This document shows, piece after piece, positions 10,431-21,012 of a DNA stretch of 64,000 nt; the stretch's first letter is position 1; each line of letters begins with the position of its first letter. The notes below the pieces were generated by a model, which did not search any database, was not told the origin of the DNA, and worked only from the letters and a program-made list of their open reading frames with translations. This DNA comes from Bacteroidales bacterium. Lineage in GTDB: Bacteria > Bacteroidota > Bacteroidia > Bacteroidales > PUMT01. Location of the stretch: positions 24,741 to 88,740 of the forward strand of contig SLOE01000047.1 in NCBI GenBank assembly GCA_007132715.1, read 5' to 3'. The position numbers were made by a program, and so were the translations under genes.

Positions 10431-10494
10431 CACTTTTTGTTTTTTATCAGTATTTTGATAAATTGTGGTTTCAAACCATTAAAAATCCGCAAAA

Positions 10495-11151
10495 ATGAAG
10501 GAAAAAAGGAAGTTTGCAGTTGTACTGGCCGGATGCGGTGTTTATGACGGCAGTGAGATACATGAGGCAACCATGACCCTTTATGCAATAGTGAAGAACG
10601 GTGGAGAATATGAAATTTTTGCACCTGACATAACCCAGCATCACGTGATCAATCACATCACCGGTGAGGAAATGGATGAAACACGGAATGTACTTGTTGA
10701 ATCAGCACGCATAGCCAGGGGAAGTATCAGAAAGCTGGATGAGTTCAGGGCTGATGACTTTGACGCCATATTATTCCCGGGGGGGTTCGGGGTTGCCAAA
10801 AACCTTTCCGGATTTGCATTTGACGGACCTGACTGCAAGGTAGACCCCGGTGTTGAAAGAGTTGTAAAAGAGATGGTCAGCAAAGGCAAGCCTGTCGGAG
10901 CTCTTTGCATTGCCCCTGCAATAATGGCCAGAATTCTTGACAAGCCGGTGCTCACGATAGGACAGGATGAAGGAACAGCAGAGGCCCTAAAAAAAATGGG
11001 GGCAACTCATAAAAAGACAGGGCACGGGGAGACAATAGTCGATACCCGTTACAGGCTTGTTACGACCCCCTGCTATATGCTTGATGCAAATATTGTGCAG
11101 ATTGGCGAAGGGGCCGATGCTGTTGTCAAGGAGATCATCAGGTTACTGTAA
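10495..11151 (+). CDS. elbB: ElbB-type DJ-1/PfpI family protein
   Basis: 218 aa with FAVVLAGCGVYDGSEIHEA near the N-terminus and a GALCIAP nucleophile-elbow-like motif. Confidence 0.85.
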   Translation: MKEKRKFAVVLAGCGVYDGSEIHEATMTLYAIVKNGGEYEIFAPDITQHHVINHITGEEMDETRNVLVESARIARGSIRKLDEFRADDFDAILFPGGFGVAKNLSGFAFDGPDCKVDPGVERVVKEMVSKGKPVGALCIAPAIMARILDKPVLTIGQDEGTAEALKKMGATHKKTGHGETIVDTRYRLVTTPCYMLDANIVQIGEGADAVVKEIIRLL

Positions 11152-11268
11152 CTGCAAGGCAATAATTATAAACGGCTGCCAAAATAGTAAAATTTTAACT
11201 GCCCATTATTGATAGACGTGAATATGGTCCTGTGGCCCTGTCACTGCAGCGACATCATATAAAGATGG

Positions 11269-11877
11269 TCATATCTGCCCGTTATCGATCAGAACAAGTA
11301 TCTGATCGATCAGTTTGTCTTCTCCCTCGGCATCGAAGGTGGTTTTGAGATTGGAGCCGAAGAGCCTGGCAATCGCCTGCCAGAAAAATGCGGAAAATGA
11401 CCCCCTCAACTCCCTGACAAGCTCGTAGGAGGTGTCTCCTGTTTCCCGGTCTATCAGCTTAATAAGTAACCGTCCCTGCGTAATTGTCAGTTTTTTGAGT
11501 TCATCTTCAAACTCATCCATCAACTCCTGTTCAACCTGCCTTACGAATGTCCTCCGTTCCCTTTCTGTTTTCAGCTCAAGAAAAGCGTGGTTCATCTCAT
11601 TAAGCTTTTCTGCTGCAAGCAGCGCATACGGATATACTATCTTGAGGTTACGGATCAGCCTTTGGTATTGTCTGTATTCGCGACGGCTTGAGAATTGCGG
11701 AACAGGATAGATCCTGACCTCTTCAATCGATGAATGCAGGATGGTATCTCCTTTCCATACTGTTTGTTTCAGTATCTGGAACTCCCTTATGATCATTGTA
11801 TCATCATGCAGCTCCTGGCCACTCACAAAAAGACAGCAGGTAAAAAGAAACATTGCTATGGAAAATATTTTCCTCAT
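11269..11877 (-). CDS. DUF4294 family protein, secreted
   Basis: 202 aa with a signal peptide. The conserved block reads VYPYALLAAEKLNEM...LTITQGRLLIKLIDRETGDTSYELV. Confidence 0.75.
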   Translation of the reverse strand: MRKIFSIAMFLFTCCLFVSGQELHDDTMIIREFQILKQTVWKGDTILHSSIEEVRIYPVPQFSSRREYRQYQRLIRNLKIVYPYALLAAEKLNEMNHAFLELKTERERRTFVRQVEQELMDEFEDELKKLTITQGRLLIKLIDRETGDTSYELVRELRGSFSAFFWQAIARLFGSNLKTTFDAEGEDKLIDQILVLIDNGQI

Positions 11878-12018
11878 ACTGTTTTAAACGGATTGCAGTC
11901 CTCTTAATTATGACCCAAACCAAGAATTCCGGTAACAGTATTACCTCATGCAAATTTAGTTCCAAAAACGGTCAGATCAAAAATCAGGTAGATGACCAAC
12001 CTTCTGCATCAATTTTAA

Positions 12019-12026
12019 TATCTTTG
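12019..12026 (+). promoter_or_regulatory. -7 box TATCTTTG upstream of the ybaN-like gene
   Basis: TAnnTTTG match 25 nt upstream of the TTG start at 12051. Confidence 0.35.
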
Positions 12027-12050
12027 AGCGCGAACTGAAAAAAGAGGGAA

Positions 12051-12452
12051 TTGGCAGAAAAGCTTCACCACAGGAAACCATCCAATAAATTTATTAAATG
12101 GCTCCTCATAACCGCAGGTACCACCTCCCTGGCACTGGGCAGCCTGGGAATTGTGGTGCCGCTTCTGCCCACAACCCCGTTCCTGTTATTGACCGCCGCA
12201 TGCTATATAAGAAGCTCTGACCGGCTGTACCATTGGCTGATGAACCACCGGGTATACGGCAAATTCCTGCACAACTATTTGGAGCACAAGGCAATATCGC
12301 GCAATGTAAAAATATGGAGTATTGCCATTTTATGGTTAACAATTATCACATCGGCAATTTTCTTCATATCGGCCACATGGCTGAGAATACTTTTTATTGT
12401 AAAAGCTGCCGTGGTAACACTTCATATCAATTCCTTCAGAACCCTCAGATAA
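12051..12452 (+). CDS. ybaN: YbaN (DUF454) family inner-membrane protein
   Basis: 133 aa with GSLGIVVPLLPTTPFLLLTAACYIRSSDRLYHWL. It has a TTG start and no in-frame ATG near the N-terminus. Confidence 0.8.
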   Translation: MAEKLHHRKPSNKFIKWLLITAGTTSLALGSLGIVVPLLPTTPFLLLTAACYIRSSDRLYHWLMNHRVYGKFLHNYLEHKAISRNVKIWSIAILWLTIITSAIFFISATWLRILFIVKAAVVTLHINSFRTLR

Positions 12453-12527
12453 AGCCGGCCTCACACCGGCCCCCTTGCAGCATATTATCCGGCAGCACAA
12501 TATGGCACCTTAGTGATATTAAATTAA

Positions 12528-12538
12528 TATCTTTGCAG
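12528..12538 (+). promoter_or_regulatory. -7 box TATCTTTGcag
   Basis: Extended TAnnTTTGCAG motif 58 nt upstream of ATG 12594. Confidence 0.4.
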
Positions 12539-12593
12539 CCCGTAGGCGGGTATTATATATTATAACCGGATTTTAAACTGCCATCAATAATCT

Positions 12594-13847
12594 ATGGGAA
12601 GCAGAATTGAACCAAATGTATCGTCTGAGATCGGTGAACTCGAAGCGGTCATTATCCATCCTCCCGGCCCCGAAGTGGAAAATATGACGCCGGGTAATGC
12701 TGAAAGGGCACTCTACAGCGATATACTTAACCTTTCGGTTGCACAAAGGGAATATTCCGAACTGGAGCAGGTACTTCAGAAATACACACATGTATTCAGG
12801 GTAAAAGAGCTTCTTGAAGAGACACTTGCTATCGATAAAGCAAGGGAAAGCCTTATAGATAAAATACTTGAGGCCGGAGAAGATACTGAGCTCAGGGAGT
12901 ACCTGGATAGAGCAGCTACCCGGGATCTTGCAGGCTTGCTGATAGAAGGGGTCGTACTGCAAAAGAACACACTGTCACGTTTCCTCAGCAAGGAACGCTA
13001 TTCATTGCCCCCCCTCCATAATTTTTTCTTTGCCAGGGATGCGGCTATCACCATGCCCGGATCTGTCTTTATAAGCAGGATGGCAAACAGTATCAGGGAG
13101 AGAGAGACACTGATAATGGATACTGTCTTCAATTTCAACGAACATTTCAGAACCAGGACCATCAAGATGAGCGGTAAGCCGGCTTCAACCATAGAGGGGG
13201 GTGATGTGCTGATTGCAAGGGAGGATATTCTGCTTGTCGGTTTAGGTGCACGTACCAGCTCACAGGGGATCGATTGTCTGATTGACATTATCAGGAGTCA
13301 GAAAAACGGGAAAAAGTATGTTATTGTGCAGGAGCTTCCGGTCAGGCCGGAGTCGTTTATCCACCTTGACATGGTGTTCACCTTGCTTGACAGGGACTGC
13401 TGTATGGTTTATGAGCCCGTTATTTTCAGGACCAGCAATTACCAGACTGTCGTCATAACCATCGAAAACAACATGGTCAGCTCGATAAAGGAAGAGAGGA
13501 ATATACCCGAAGCACTTTGCAGGCTTGGGATGGATCTTAAGCCGGTCTATTGCGGTGGCAGGACCGATGACTGGATCCAGGAGAGGGAGCAGTGGCACAG
13601 CGGGGCCAACTTCTTTGCCCTTGCACCGGGTAAAATCATTGGTTACGCCAGAAACAACTACACAAATGATGAGCTGAGCAAAAACGGTTATGAGATTGTC
13701 ACAGCCTCCGATATCATCTCAGGAAAGGCATGTATACACAATTATAAAAAAGTGCTCGTTACACTTGATGGTTCAGAACTTCCGCGTGGCGGCGGGGGGG
13801 CGAGGTGCATGACAATGCCGGTAAAAAGAAAGCCGGTATCATGGTGA
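12594..13847 (+). CDS. Arginine deiminase-family (guanidino-group modifying) enzyme
   Basis: 417 aa. The N-terminus SEIGELEAVIIHPPGPEVENMTP and the C-terminal catalytic-Cys region GGGGARCMTMP fit the arginine deiminase family. No arcB or arcC lies adjacent. Confidence 0.8.
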   Translation: MGSRIEPNVSSEIGELEAVIIHPPGPEVENMTPGNAERALYSDILNLSVAQREYSELEQVLQKYTHVFRVKELLEETLAIDKARESLIDKILEAGEDTELREYLDRAATRDLAGLLIEGVVLQKNTLSRFLSKERYSLPPLHNFFFARDAAITMPGSVFISRMANSIRERETLIMDTVFNFNEHFRTRTIKMSGKPASTIEGGDVLIAREDILLVGLGARTSSQGIDCLIDIIRSQKNGKKYVIVQELPVRPESFIHLDMVFTLLDRDCCMVYEPVIFRTSNYQTVVITIENNMVSSIKEERNIPEALCRLGMDLKPVYCGGRTDDWIQEREQWHSGANFFALAPGKIIGYARNNYTNDELSKNGYEIVTASDIISGKACIHNYKKVLVTLDGSELPRGGGGARCMTMPVKRKPVSW

Positions 13848-13874
13848 CAGGACATTGGGTGGTTTACGGTATTT

Positions 13875-15062
13875 CTATACCGCCTTCCTGACCAGGTCGG
13901 CCGATTCCTGCAGGGTAACGGCAGAGTAAACCTCCAGACCCGACTCATCAATAAGCTGCCTGGCCTCTTCAGCATTGGTTCCCTGGAGACGCACTATTAC
14001 CGGTACATCAATATTCCCTATACTATTATATGCATCAACAATCCCCCTGGCTACCCGATCGCATCTGACTATCCCTCCGAAGATATTTATCAGTATGGCT
14101 TTCACATTCGGATCCCTCATTATTATCCGGAATCCTGCCTCAACAGTAGCAGCGTTGGCTGTCCCCCCCACGTCAAGAAAGTTGGCGGGGTCGCCGCCTG
14201 ACAGCTTGATGATGTCCATCGTGGCCATGGCAAGTCCGGCCCCGTTAACCATGCAACCTACATTGCCGTCAAGCTTAATGAAGTTGAGACCATACTTACC
14301 GGCTTCGACCTCATCGGGGTTTTCTTCTGATATATCCCTCATTTCTGCATACGCCGGATGACGGAATAAACCATTGTCATCAAGTACTACCTTGGCATCG
14401 GCTGCGAGGATAAGATTGTCTGATGTCTTGAAAACCGGGTTTATCTCGAATAGCGAAGCATCCGAATTCTCATATGCCTTGTACAGGGATTTGACGAAGC
14501 CGGTCATCTCCTTGTAAGCCTTCCCATGCAGCTTTAAATTGAATGCAATTTTCCTTGCCTGGAATTCCCTTAACCCTACGGCAGGGTCAATCTCTTCACG
14601 GAAGATAAGATGAGGCGTCTTCTCAGCTACAGCTTCAATGTCCATGCCGCCCTCGGTTGAATAAACTATTATGTTTCTGCCTTTCTCCCTGTCTAGAAGA
14701 ACACTCATATAATACTCGGCAATCCCGCTTTCACCGGGATAATAAATACCCTGTTCCACCAGCACCCTGTTTACCAGCTTGCCTTCAGGACCGGTCTGAT
14801 GGGTAACAAGTGTCATACCCAGTATCTTGCCGGCAAAGTCTGATACCTCATCAAGGGTTTTGGCGATTTTCACACCGCCCCCTTTGCCACGCCCTCCGGC
14901 ATGGATCTGTGCTTTTACCGCCCAGCTGGAGGCACCGGTTCTTTCCTTTATCTGTTTTGCAGCATCCAAAGCAGCCTCAGGGGAATCTACAACTGCCCCA
15001 TCAGGTACTGCCACACCAAACTGCTTTAAAATATTCTTGCCCTGGTACTCATGTATGTTCAT
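13875..15062 (-). CDS. sucC: Succinate--CoA ligase (ADP-forming) beta subunit
   Basis: 395 aa with MNIHEYQGKNILKQFGV, AQIHAGGRGKGGGVK and GCMVNGAGLAMATMD. Confidence 0.95.
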   Translation of the reverse strand: MNIHEYQGKNILKQFGVAVPDGAVVDSPEAALDAAKQIKERTGASSWAVKAQIHAGGRGKGGGVKIAKTLDEVSDFAGKILGMTLVTHQTGPEGKLVNRVLVEQGIYYPGESGIAEYYMSVLLDREKGRNIIVYSTEGGMDIEAVAEKTPHLIFREEIDPAVGLREFQARKIAFNLKLHGKAYKEMTGFVKSLYKAYENSDASLFEINPVFKTSDNLILAADAKVVLDDNGLFRHPAYAEMRDISEENPDEVEAGKYGLNFIKLDGNVGCMVNGAGLAMATMDIIKLSGGDPANFLDVGGTANAATVEAGFRIIMRDPNVKAILINIFGGIVRCDRVARGIVDAYNSIGNIDVPVIVRLQGTNAEEARQLIDESGLEVYSAVTLQESADLVRKAV

Positions 15063-15143
15063 AAACTATATCTTTGAAAGTGTCAAAATTATTCATTTTT
15101 TTAACACGATTCATTGAAAATGGTTCACTAATCTCATTATTTG

Positions 15144-15683
15144 ATGTCGCGCAGAAAATTGTCCCTCGATGAACTGGGAAGAAAAACAGTCAAAGGATTT
15201 AAAAGTGCGGAAAAAACTCCGGTAATCATTGTGCTTGACAATGTAAGAAGCCTGAACAATATCGGTTCGGTGTTCCGGACTGCCGATGCCTTTATTGCAG
15301 AGGCCATTTATCTTTGCGGGTTCACTGCAACACCACCCCACAGGGATATCCATAAGACAGCTCTCGGAGCGACCGAATCGGTCGAATGGGAACACGTCCC
15401 GTCTGCAAAAGAGGCTGTCGAAAGACTCAGAAAACGGAATTATCAGATAATCGCCCTGGAACAGACAGAAGGAAGCATCTCTCTCGACCGGTTTTTCCCG
15501 GCAAAAGATACCGGGTATGCACTTGTTTTCGGCAACGAGGTGAAAGGTGTGTCACAGGAGGTGATTGATATCAGTGACCTGTGTGTTGAAATACCACAGT
15601 TTGGAACCAAACACTCCTTCAATATTGCTGTAAGCGCAGGTATAGTCCTGTGGGATCTGTATACAAAGAGGGCTGCCCTTTAA
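15144..15683 (+). CDS. TrmH/SpoU-family RNA 2'-O-methyltransferase
   Basis: The track ORF starts at TTG 15141, with an ATG one codon later. Motifs are LDNVRSLNNIGSVFRTADAF, FGNEVKGVS and EIPQFGTKHSFNIAVSAGI. Confidence 0.85.
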   Translation: MSRRKLSLDELGRKTVKGFKSAEKTPVIIVLDNVRSLNNIGSVFRTADAFIAEAIYLCGFTATPPHRDIHKTALGATESVEWEHVPSAKEAVERLRKRNYQIIALEQTEGSISLDRFFPAKDTGYALVFGNEVKGVSQEVIDISDLCVEIPQFGTKHSFNIAVSAGIVLWDLYTKRAAL

Positions 15684-15720
15684 GGCAGCCCTCCTGATAC
15701 CGGAAACAGTATTTCCAGGT

Positions 15721-17430
15721 TTAGTTTACTATCGATATGAAAGTGTCATCACGGAAGTAACGGCCAAATTCCATATCGGTTCTGGCATACTCCTTAAGCG
15801 ATGCATCCATCCTTACAGCTGACCTCAGTGCACCGAGAGCCATAGTTGAGTCCTGCTTCCTGGCTCCAACAACGGCCATCAGGTAATGTGTCATAGCACA
15901 GGGCTCCTGTATGTTGTTCAGGATCCTGAGGGCATCGTCATTATTGTTCTGCAGCAACTTGACAAGTGCATTGTTAACCTCGGCCATATTACCGAAGTGT
16001 CCGGCAGCTTTGGCATATTCAGCCTTCTTGATGGCAATTATCCCAAGGTTGTAGTTTGTCTCGCTTGTGGGTGATGCCACTGAAGAGAGAAGCTCCTCTG
16101 CCTGAGCAAGATCGCCCTCGAGCAGTGCAACCGCTCCGAGGTTGTTCTTGATAACATCGTTGTCCTGCAGGTTGCGGGCGGACTGGAATGCCTGCTTGGC
16201 GGCAGCAACATTTCCAAGTTTAACCTGTACCACACCAATGCCGTTAAAGGCCCTGAAACACCTGGGGAACTGCTGGGATGTTCTCGTATAGATTTCCAGC
16301 TTCCGGTTCAGGTCTTCATACAGGGTGGCTGTGTAAAGCATCTCCTCCATATTCAGCTGCGTATAATCACTGCTGTAAATCTGCCTCAGTTCGTCATCGG
16401 AATAACCGATACGCTCAACATTTATTTCCATGACCGAACGGCGGAGTTGGGGAAGAATTTTATCGGCAAGCTCTTCAAAAACCGCTGTCATATTTTTTAT
16501 CTCCCTTTCACGTACCTCAGGATCACTGTACATGGAAAGTACGCGAAGGATAAGTTCCCTGTCCTGTATATCAGATTCTTCAAGGAGCTCTTTGAAGCCT
16601 TCCCAGTCCTCGCCAAGAGCCCTTGCAGTATAGAAGTTATCTGTCTTTTCAACATTAACCCTCCTGAACTCGCTGGCCAGAACCCTGTCGGAAGTTTCCC
16701 TTCTCTGGTTTGCAAGCCTCTCGTTAAGGCTTATCGGGCCGTCCGGTGAAGCATAGGCGCTAATGCCTGCACTCTTGAGTTCAACGCGCTCGTCAGCTAC
16801 AGCCTCTTCAAGGAATTTGCGGAATTCAGCCAGCCTGTCAGACCTCAGCTCGCTCTGGCGAACATCGGCGCGGTTAATGACATAGAATATTGCCGACTCC
16901 TTCGTTTCAGGTATAATCCTCTGGAACCTGTCACCTACCAGCACCGGACGTGCATCATTTACCACAAGTGTTGAAGTGGCGATCACACCGTCTGCTATCT
17001 TAAAGGGATCAAAATCCATTTCATTGTTGCGAAGCCTGGCATTCACCCTGACAATAAGCTCCGAGACCCTCATATCGTCTGTAAATGGAATTTTGTCGTT
17101 GTAGGTAAAGCTTCCACCATCTCTACGGATAACCTGGTGGTTGTCAGTCACATTCTCCCCCTGCATGGTAATGCTTGAAAGAGCTGTTTCACCACCCTCC
17201 CAGGTAAGCACGGGAGTAACTTCAAGTATTGCATTTCTGTGGAAATAATTTGCAGGATAGGTGCCCCTGATGGTGACCTCAACCTCACCGGCATGTGTTT
17301 CAAGCACCTCCGGTGTGACATTGTATCTGACATCGGCGGCATCATTTCTCATTTTATTAAGGCCGCCGCAACTGCTTAGCACAATAAGCGCCAGGAAAAA
17401 CAAAGCTAGGTTAAAATGCGTCTTCTTCAT
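15721..17430 (-). CDS. Lipoprotein with C-terminal TPR-like repeats; N-terminal two-thirds of unknown function
   Basis: 569 aa with the signal and lipobox MKKTHFNLALFFLALIVLSSCGG. The C-terminal third has repeated A/L-rich helical pairs. Confidence 0.7.
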   Translation of the reverse strand: MKKTHFNLALFFLALIVLSSCGGLNKMRNDAADVRYNVTPEVLETHAGEVEVTIRGTYPANYFHRNAILEVTPVLTWEGGETALSSITMQGENVTDNHQVIRRDGGSFTYNDKIPFTDDMRVSELIVRVNARLRNNEMDFDPFKIADGVIATSTLVVNDARPVLVGDRFQRIIPETKESAIFYVINRADVRQSELRSDRLAEFRKFLEEAVADERVELKSAGISAYASPDGPISLNERLANQRRETSDRVLASEFRRVNVEKTDNFYTARALGEDWEGFKELLEESDIQDRELILRVLSMYSDPEVREREIKNMTAVFEELADKILPQLRRSVMEINVERIGYSDDELRQIYSSDYTQLNMEEMLYTATLYEDLNRKLEIYTRTSQQFPRCFRAFNGIGVVQVKLGNVAAAKQAFQSARNLQDNDVIKNNLGAVALLEGDLAQAEELLSSVASPTSETNYNLGIIAIKKAEYAKAAGHFGNMAEVNNALVKLLQNNNDDALRILNNIQEPCAMTHYLMAVVGARKQDSTMALGALRSAVRMDASLKEYARTDMEFGRYFRDDTFISIVN

Positions 17431-17645
17431 AGTTCATTTTTTTATTTAATTACACAAATCAATTTTGGTCAATGGCGTAAACTATTTGTTTAAGATCCTT
17501 AAATATGACACTTCAAATGCCTGAATTGCGGAAAAGCGGCTGTAATGCTAAATAATTCTGATTCGCCTGTTATTTCCAGCTTTTACAAACTTACTATATT
17601 TTTGAGATAATTGTACAGAATTACCACCAAATTTAAAAAAAAATA

Positions 17646-18311
17646 TTACAAAACCACCCTATTTATGCCATAATGGTAATTTCCGGCAAAAATCAGCTCA
17701 CTGAGTGCATCAAAAGTATCCTTATCTGACACAAAATCGATCTTCCCTGATTCAACCACAAGAAACCTGATATCACCCCTCTGTTTCATGAACTCAAAAT
17801 AGGATCTTCTGACACGGTCAAGGTATTCTGCCGTTATTGACTGTTCATATGACCTTCCGCGTCTTCTGATATTTTCCAGCAGGTTTGCCGGTTCGTTATG
17901 AAGGTACACAACGAGTCCGGGCTTTGGAACCTGTGACTCCATGATGTCGAAAAGCTGCCTGAACAGCCTGTACTCGTGACCTGAAAGCGTAGCCCCCGAA
18001 AATATGAGAGATTTGGGAAACGAATAGTCAGATACGGTAAATGACCCGAAAAGGTCATTGCCCGGCAACTCATTTCTCAACTGGTTAAAGCGCCCGGCCA
18101 GAAATGAAAGCTCAAGCGGAAAAGCATACCTTTCAGGATCCCGGTAAAACCCGGGAAGAAAAGGATTTTCAGAAAACTGTTCAAGGATCACCTTTGCATT
18201 GTACTGCTCGCCAAGCATTTTGGCGAGAGTAGTCTTGCCGGCACCTATATTACCCTCAATTACAAGATAATTCAAGTTATCAGTCAAATTATTACAGATT
18301 TTATTCAGCAA
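17646..18311 (-). CDS. Deoxynucleoside kinase
   Basis: P-loop IEGNIGAGKTTLAKML and the dNK-like core ERSIYSD-equivalent FTVSDYSFPKSLIF. The track start is TTG, so the true start is uncertain. Confidence 0.8.
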   Translation of the reverse strand: MLNKICNNLTDNLNYLVIEGNIGAGKTTLAKMLGEQYNAKVILEQFSENPFLPGFYRDPERYAFPLELSFLAGRFNQLRNELPGNDLFGSFTVSDYSFPKSLIFSGATLSGHEYRLFRQLFDIMESQVPKPGLVVYLHNEPANLLENIRRRGRSYEQSITAEYLDRVRRSYFEFMKQRGDIRFLVVESGKIDFVSDKDTFDALSELIFAGNYHYGINRVVL

Positions 18312-18389
18312 GCGGAAAAATACATTATTATCCTGATATTATCAATACTTTCAAATCAATTGGAAGCACTGTCCAATTCACCCTGTATC

Positions 18390-18443
18390 AAAAAAAAAGC
18401 AGCGGAACTGCCGCTGCTTTTTAATTCCGGCAAACCCGGAATT
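18390..18443 (-). terminator. Tandem hairpins terminating pnp
   Basis: On the minus strand, AATTCCGG-n5-CCGGAATT (18423-18443) comes first. It is followed by AGCAGCGG-n5-CCGCTGCT (18398-18418) and a T9 run (complement of A 18390-18398). Confidence 0.6.
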
Positions 18444-18458
18444 ATCTGTACGATAAGG

Positions 18459-20594
18459 TTAACTTTTGTCGGCCGGTCTTTCAGGTCTCGGCAGCAATGC
18501 CTTCCGCGAAAGCTTAAGCTTTCCTGTTTTGCTGTCAAGATCTATCAGCTTCACTTCAACCTCCTCACCCTCTTTCAGCACATCCTCAACCGCATTTGTC
18601 CTTTTCCAGTCAATTTCCGATATGTGAAGCAACCCTTCCTTGCCGGGCAATACCTCAACAAAGGCCCCAAACGGTACGATTGATTTGATCTTGCCCTTGT
18701 AAACAGTGCCTATCTCGGGGACTGCTATAATACTTTTTATCATGCGCATTGCAGTATCGATAGAGTCTTTGTTATCGGCAAAGACATCTACATAGCCGAA
18801 ATTATCAATCTCCTCAACTACAATGGTCGCATTGGCCCTTGCCTGGATATCCTGGATAATCTTTCCGCCCGGACCGATAATGGCGCCGATCATTTCTTTC
18901 GGTATTTTTATCTGCTCAATACGCGGTGCGTGGGGTTTGAGATCAGGTCTCGGTTCACTGATGGTCTCCACCATTTTGTCCAGTATGTGAAGCCGGCCTT
19001 TCCTTGCCTGCTCAAGTGCCTTTGCAAGAACATCGTATGACAAACCATCAACCTTGATATCCATTTGTGTTGCCGTGATACCGTCAGAGGTTCCGGTCAC
19101 CTTGAAGTCCATGTCACCAAGGTGGTCCTCGTCACCAAGAATGTCTGAAAGGATGGCGTATTTCCCTGATTTGGTGTCGGTTATCAACCCCATGGCTATG
19201 CCTGATACAGGCTTTTTGATCTTAATACCCGCATCCATCAGAGCCATGGTGCCGGCGCATACCGTCGCCATTGATGAAGATCCGTTCGATTCGAGAATAT
19301 CGGAAACAATCCTTATTGCATAGGGATTTTCGGAGTCATTCGGCACCATCCCTTTCAATGCCCTGTGGGCAAGATTGCCGTGCCCGACCTCCCTCCGTGA
19401 AAGTCCGCGAATCGGTCTTGCATCGCCTGTTGAATAAGGCGGGAAATTATAGTGAAGCACAAACTTGTCCTTACCTTTCCTCAAAACCTCATCAACCATC
19501 TTCTCGTCCAGCTTGGTGCCAAGTGTTACACTGGTAAGCGACTGTGTCTCTCCCCTGGTGAACAGGGCTGATCCGTGTGCTGCCGGCAGGAAGTCCACCT
19601 GGCAATCGATAGGACGTATTTCGTCCGTCTTCCGGCCATCAAGCCTGATACTCTCTTCGAGCAGAAGGTTTCTCACAGCATCCTTCTGAACTTCATGATA
19701 ATATCTACCTATAAGTGCAACATCCGGTTCGGGATCCTCCGGAAGGGATGCAATAAAATCATCCTTTATCCTTTTGAATTCATCTGACCTCTCATGCTTT
19801 GCATTCACACTTTTGGCAACCTCGTAGCACTTGTCATACAGCTCCGTGCGAATCCTCTCCCTGAGTTCCTCATCGTTCACTTCGTGAGAATATTCACGCT
19901 TCCTGGTCTTTCCGGCCATTTCTGCCAGTTCCATCTGTGCGCGGCACTGGACCTTGATCGCTGCATGGGCAAGCTTCATAGCCTCGAGCATGTCTGCTTC
20001 AGACACCTCTTTCATCTCACCCTCAACCATCAGTATATTGTCAATAGTAGCACCTATTATCAGGTCTATATCGGCCTTTTCAACTTCAGAGAAAGTGGGA
20101 TTTATCCTGAACTCCCCATCTATTCGTGCTATCCGTGCCTCCGAAACGGGCCCGTTGAAGGGAACATCTGAAACGGCAAGTGCAGCCGATGCAGCAAATC
20201 CCGCAAGAGCATCGGGCATAATCTCCTTATCGGCCGAGATAAGGTCTATGGTAACGAATGTCTCGGCATGGTAATCGGCGGGAAACATCGGACGCAGGGC
20301 ACGATCCACCAGCCTGGAGATAAGTATCTCATTGTCGCCGGGCCTTGCTTCTCTTTTCAGGAAACCTCCCGGTATACGGCCTATCGATGCAAATTTCTCC
20401 TTGTATTCAACGGACAGGGGCATAAAATCAACATTCTCCCTTGCCTCCTTTGCCGACACAACAGTCGCCAGCAGCATCGTCCTGCCTGTCTTCAGCAAAA
20501 CAGCGCCGTCAGCCTGTCTTGCAAGCCTTCCGGTTTCAAGGGTGATGGACCGTCCGTCACCCAGATCTACAGTTTTTTCAACAACATCAAACAT
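18459..20594 (-). CDS. pnp: Polyribonucleotide nucleotidyltransferase (PNPase)
   Basis: 711 aa with two RNase PH domains, a KH domain ([16 protein letters not shown]) and an S1 domain ([17 protein letters not shown]). Confidence 0.97.
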   Translation of the reverse strand: MFDVVEKTVDLGDGRSITLETGRLARQADGAVLLKTGRTMLLATVVSAKEARENVDFMPLSVEYKEKFASIGRIPGGFLKREARPGDNEILISRLVDRALRPMFPADYHAETFVTIDLISADKEIMPDALAGFAASAALAVSDVPFNGPVSEARIARIDGEFRINPTFSEVEKADIDLIIGATIDNILMVEGEMKEVSEADMLEAMKLAHAAIKVQCRAQMELAEMAGKTRKREYSHEVNDEELRERIRTELYDKCYEVAKSVNAKHERSDEFKRIKDDFIASLPEDPEPDVALIGRYYHEVQKDAVRNLLLEESIRLDGRKTDEIRPIDCQVDFLPAAHGSALFTRGETQSLTSVTLGTKLDEKMVDEVLRKGKDKFVLHYNFPPYSTGDARPIRGLSRREVGHGNLAHRALKGMVPNDSENPYAIRIVSDILESNGSSSMATVCAGTMALMDAGIKIKKPVSGIAMGLITDTKSGKYAILSDILGDEDHLGDMDFKVTGTSDGITATQMDIKVDGLSYDVLAKALEQARKGRLHILDKMVETISEPRPDLKPHAPRIEQIKIPKEMIGAIIGPGGKIIQDIQARANATIVVEEIDNFGYVDVFADNKDSIDTAMRMIKSIIAVPEIGTVYKGKIKSIVPFGAFVEVLPGKEGLLHISEIDWKRTNAVEDVLKEGEEVEVKLIDLDSKTGKLKLSRKALLPRPERPADKS

Positions 20595-20641
20595 AAATTT
20601 AATCAGAATAATTATATAAATTAGAATTGGGAAACCGATAC

Positions 20642-20672
20642 AAAAAAGGGCAATTGATCAATCGCCCTTTTT
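20642..20672 (-). terminator. rpsO-pnp intercistronic hairpin or terminator
   Basis: GGGCAATTGA/TCAATCGCCC is an imperfect hairpin flanked by an A-run and a T-run, 3 nt after the rpsO stop. Confidence 0.5.
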
Positions 20673-20674
20673 GT

Positions 20675-20944
20675 CTATTTCCTAAGCTTAAGTGACTTTA
20701 TAATCGCGCGGTAGCGTTCAATATCCCTCTCCCTGAGGTATTCCAGCAGACTCCTTCGTTTACCAACCAGTTTAACAAGTGCCCGCTGGGTGCTGAAATC
20801 CTTTGGGTTGGACTTCAGATGGTTGGTCAGATGGCTTATACGGTATGAAAACAAAGCAATTTGTCCCTCGGCACTGCCTGTGTTCCCATCAGTTTTACCA
20901 TACTCCGCAAATATTTCTTTTTTCTTTTCAGCTGTCAGATACAT
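20675..20944 (-). CDS. rpsO: 30S ribosomal protein S15
   Basis: 89 aa with GSAEGQIALFSYRISHLTNHLK...RRSLLEYL. Confidence 0.97.
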   Translation of the reverse strand: MYLTAEKKKEIFAEYGKTDGNTGSAEGQIALFSYRISHLTNHLKSNPKDFSTQRALVKLVGKRRSLLEYLRERDIERYRAIIKSLKLRK

Positions 20945-20983
20945 CTTTTTTGTAAAATTTGTTGATTACATCCATTTTAAGAC

Positions 20984-20994
20984 CTGCAAAAATA
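20984..20994 (-). promoter_or_regulatory. -7 box TATTTTTGcag for rpsO
   Basis: Minus-strand TAnnTTTGCAG about 40 nt upstream of ATG 20944. Confidence 0.5.
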
Positions 20995-21012
20995 ACCTAT
21001 TTTTTTTATATC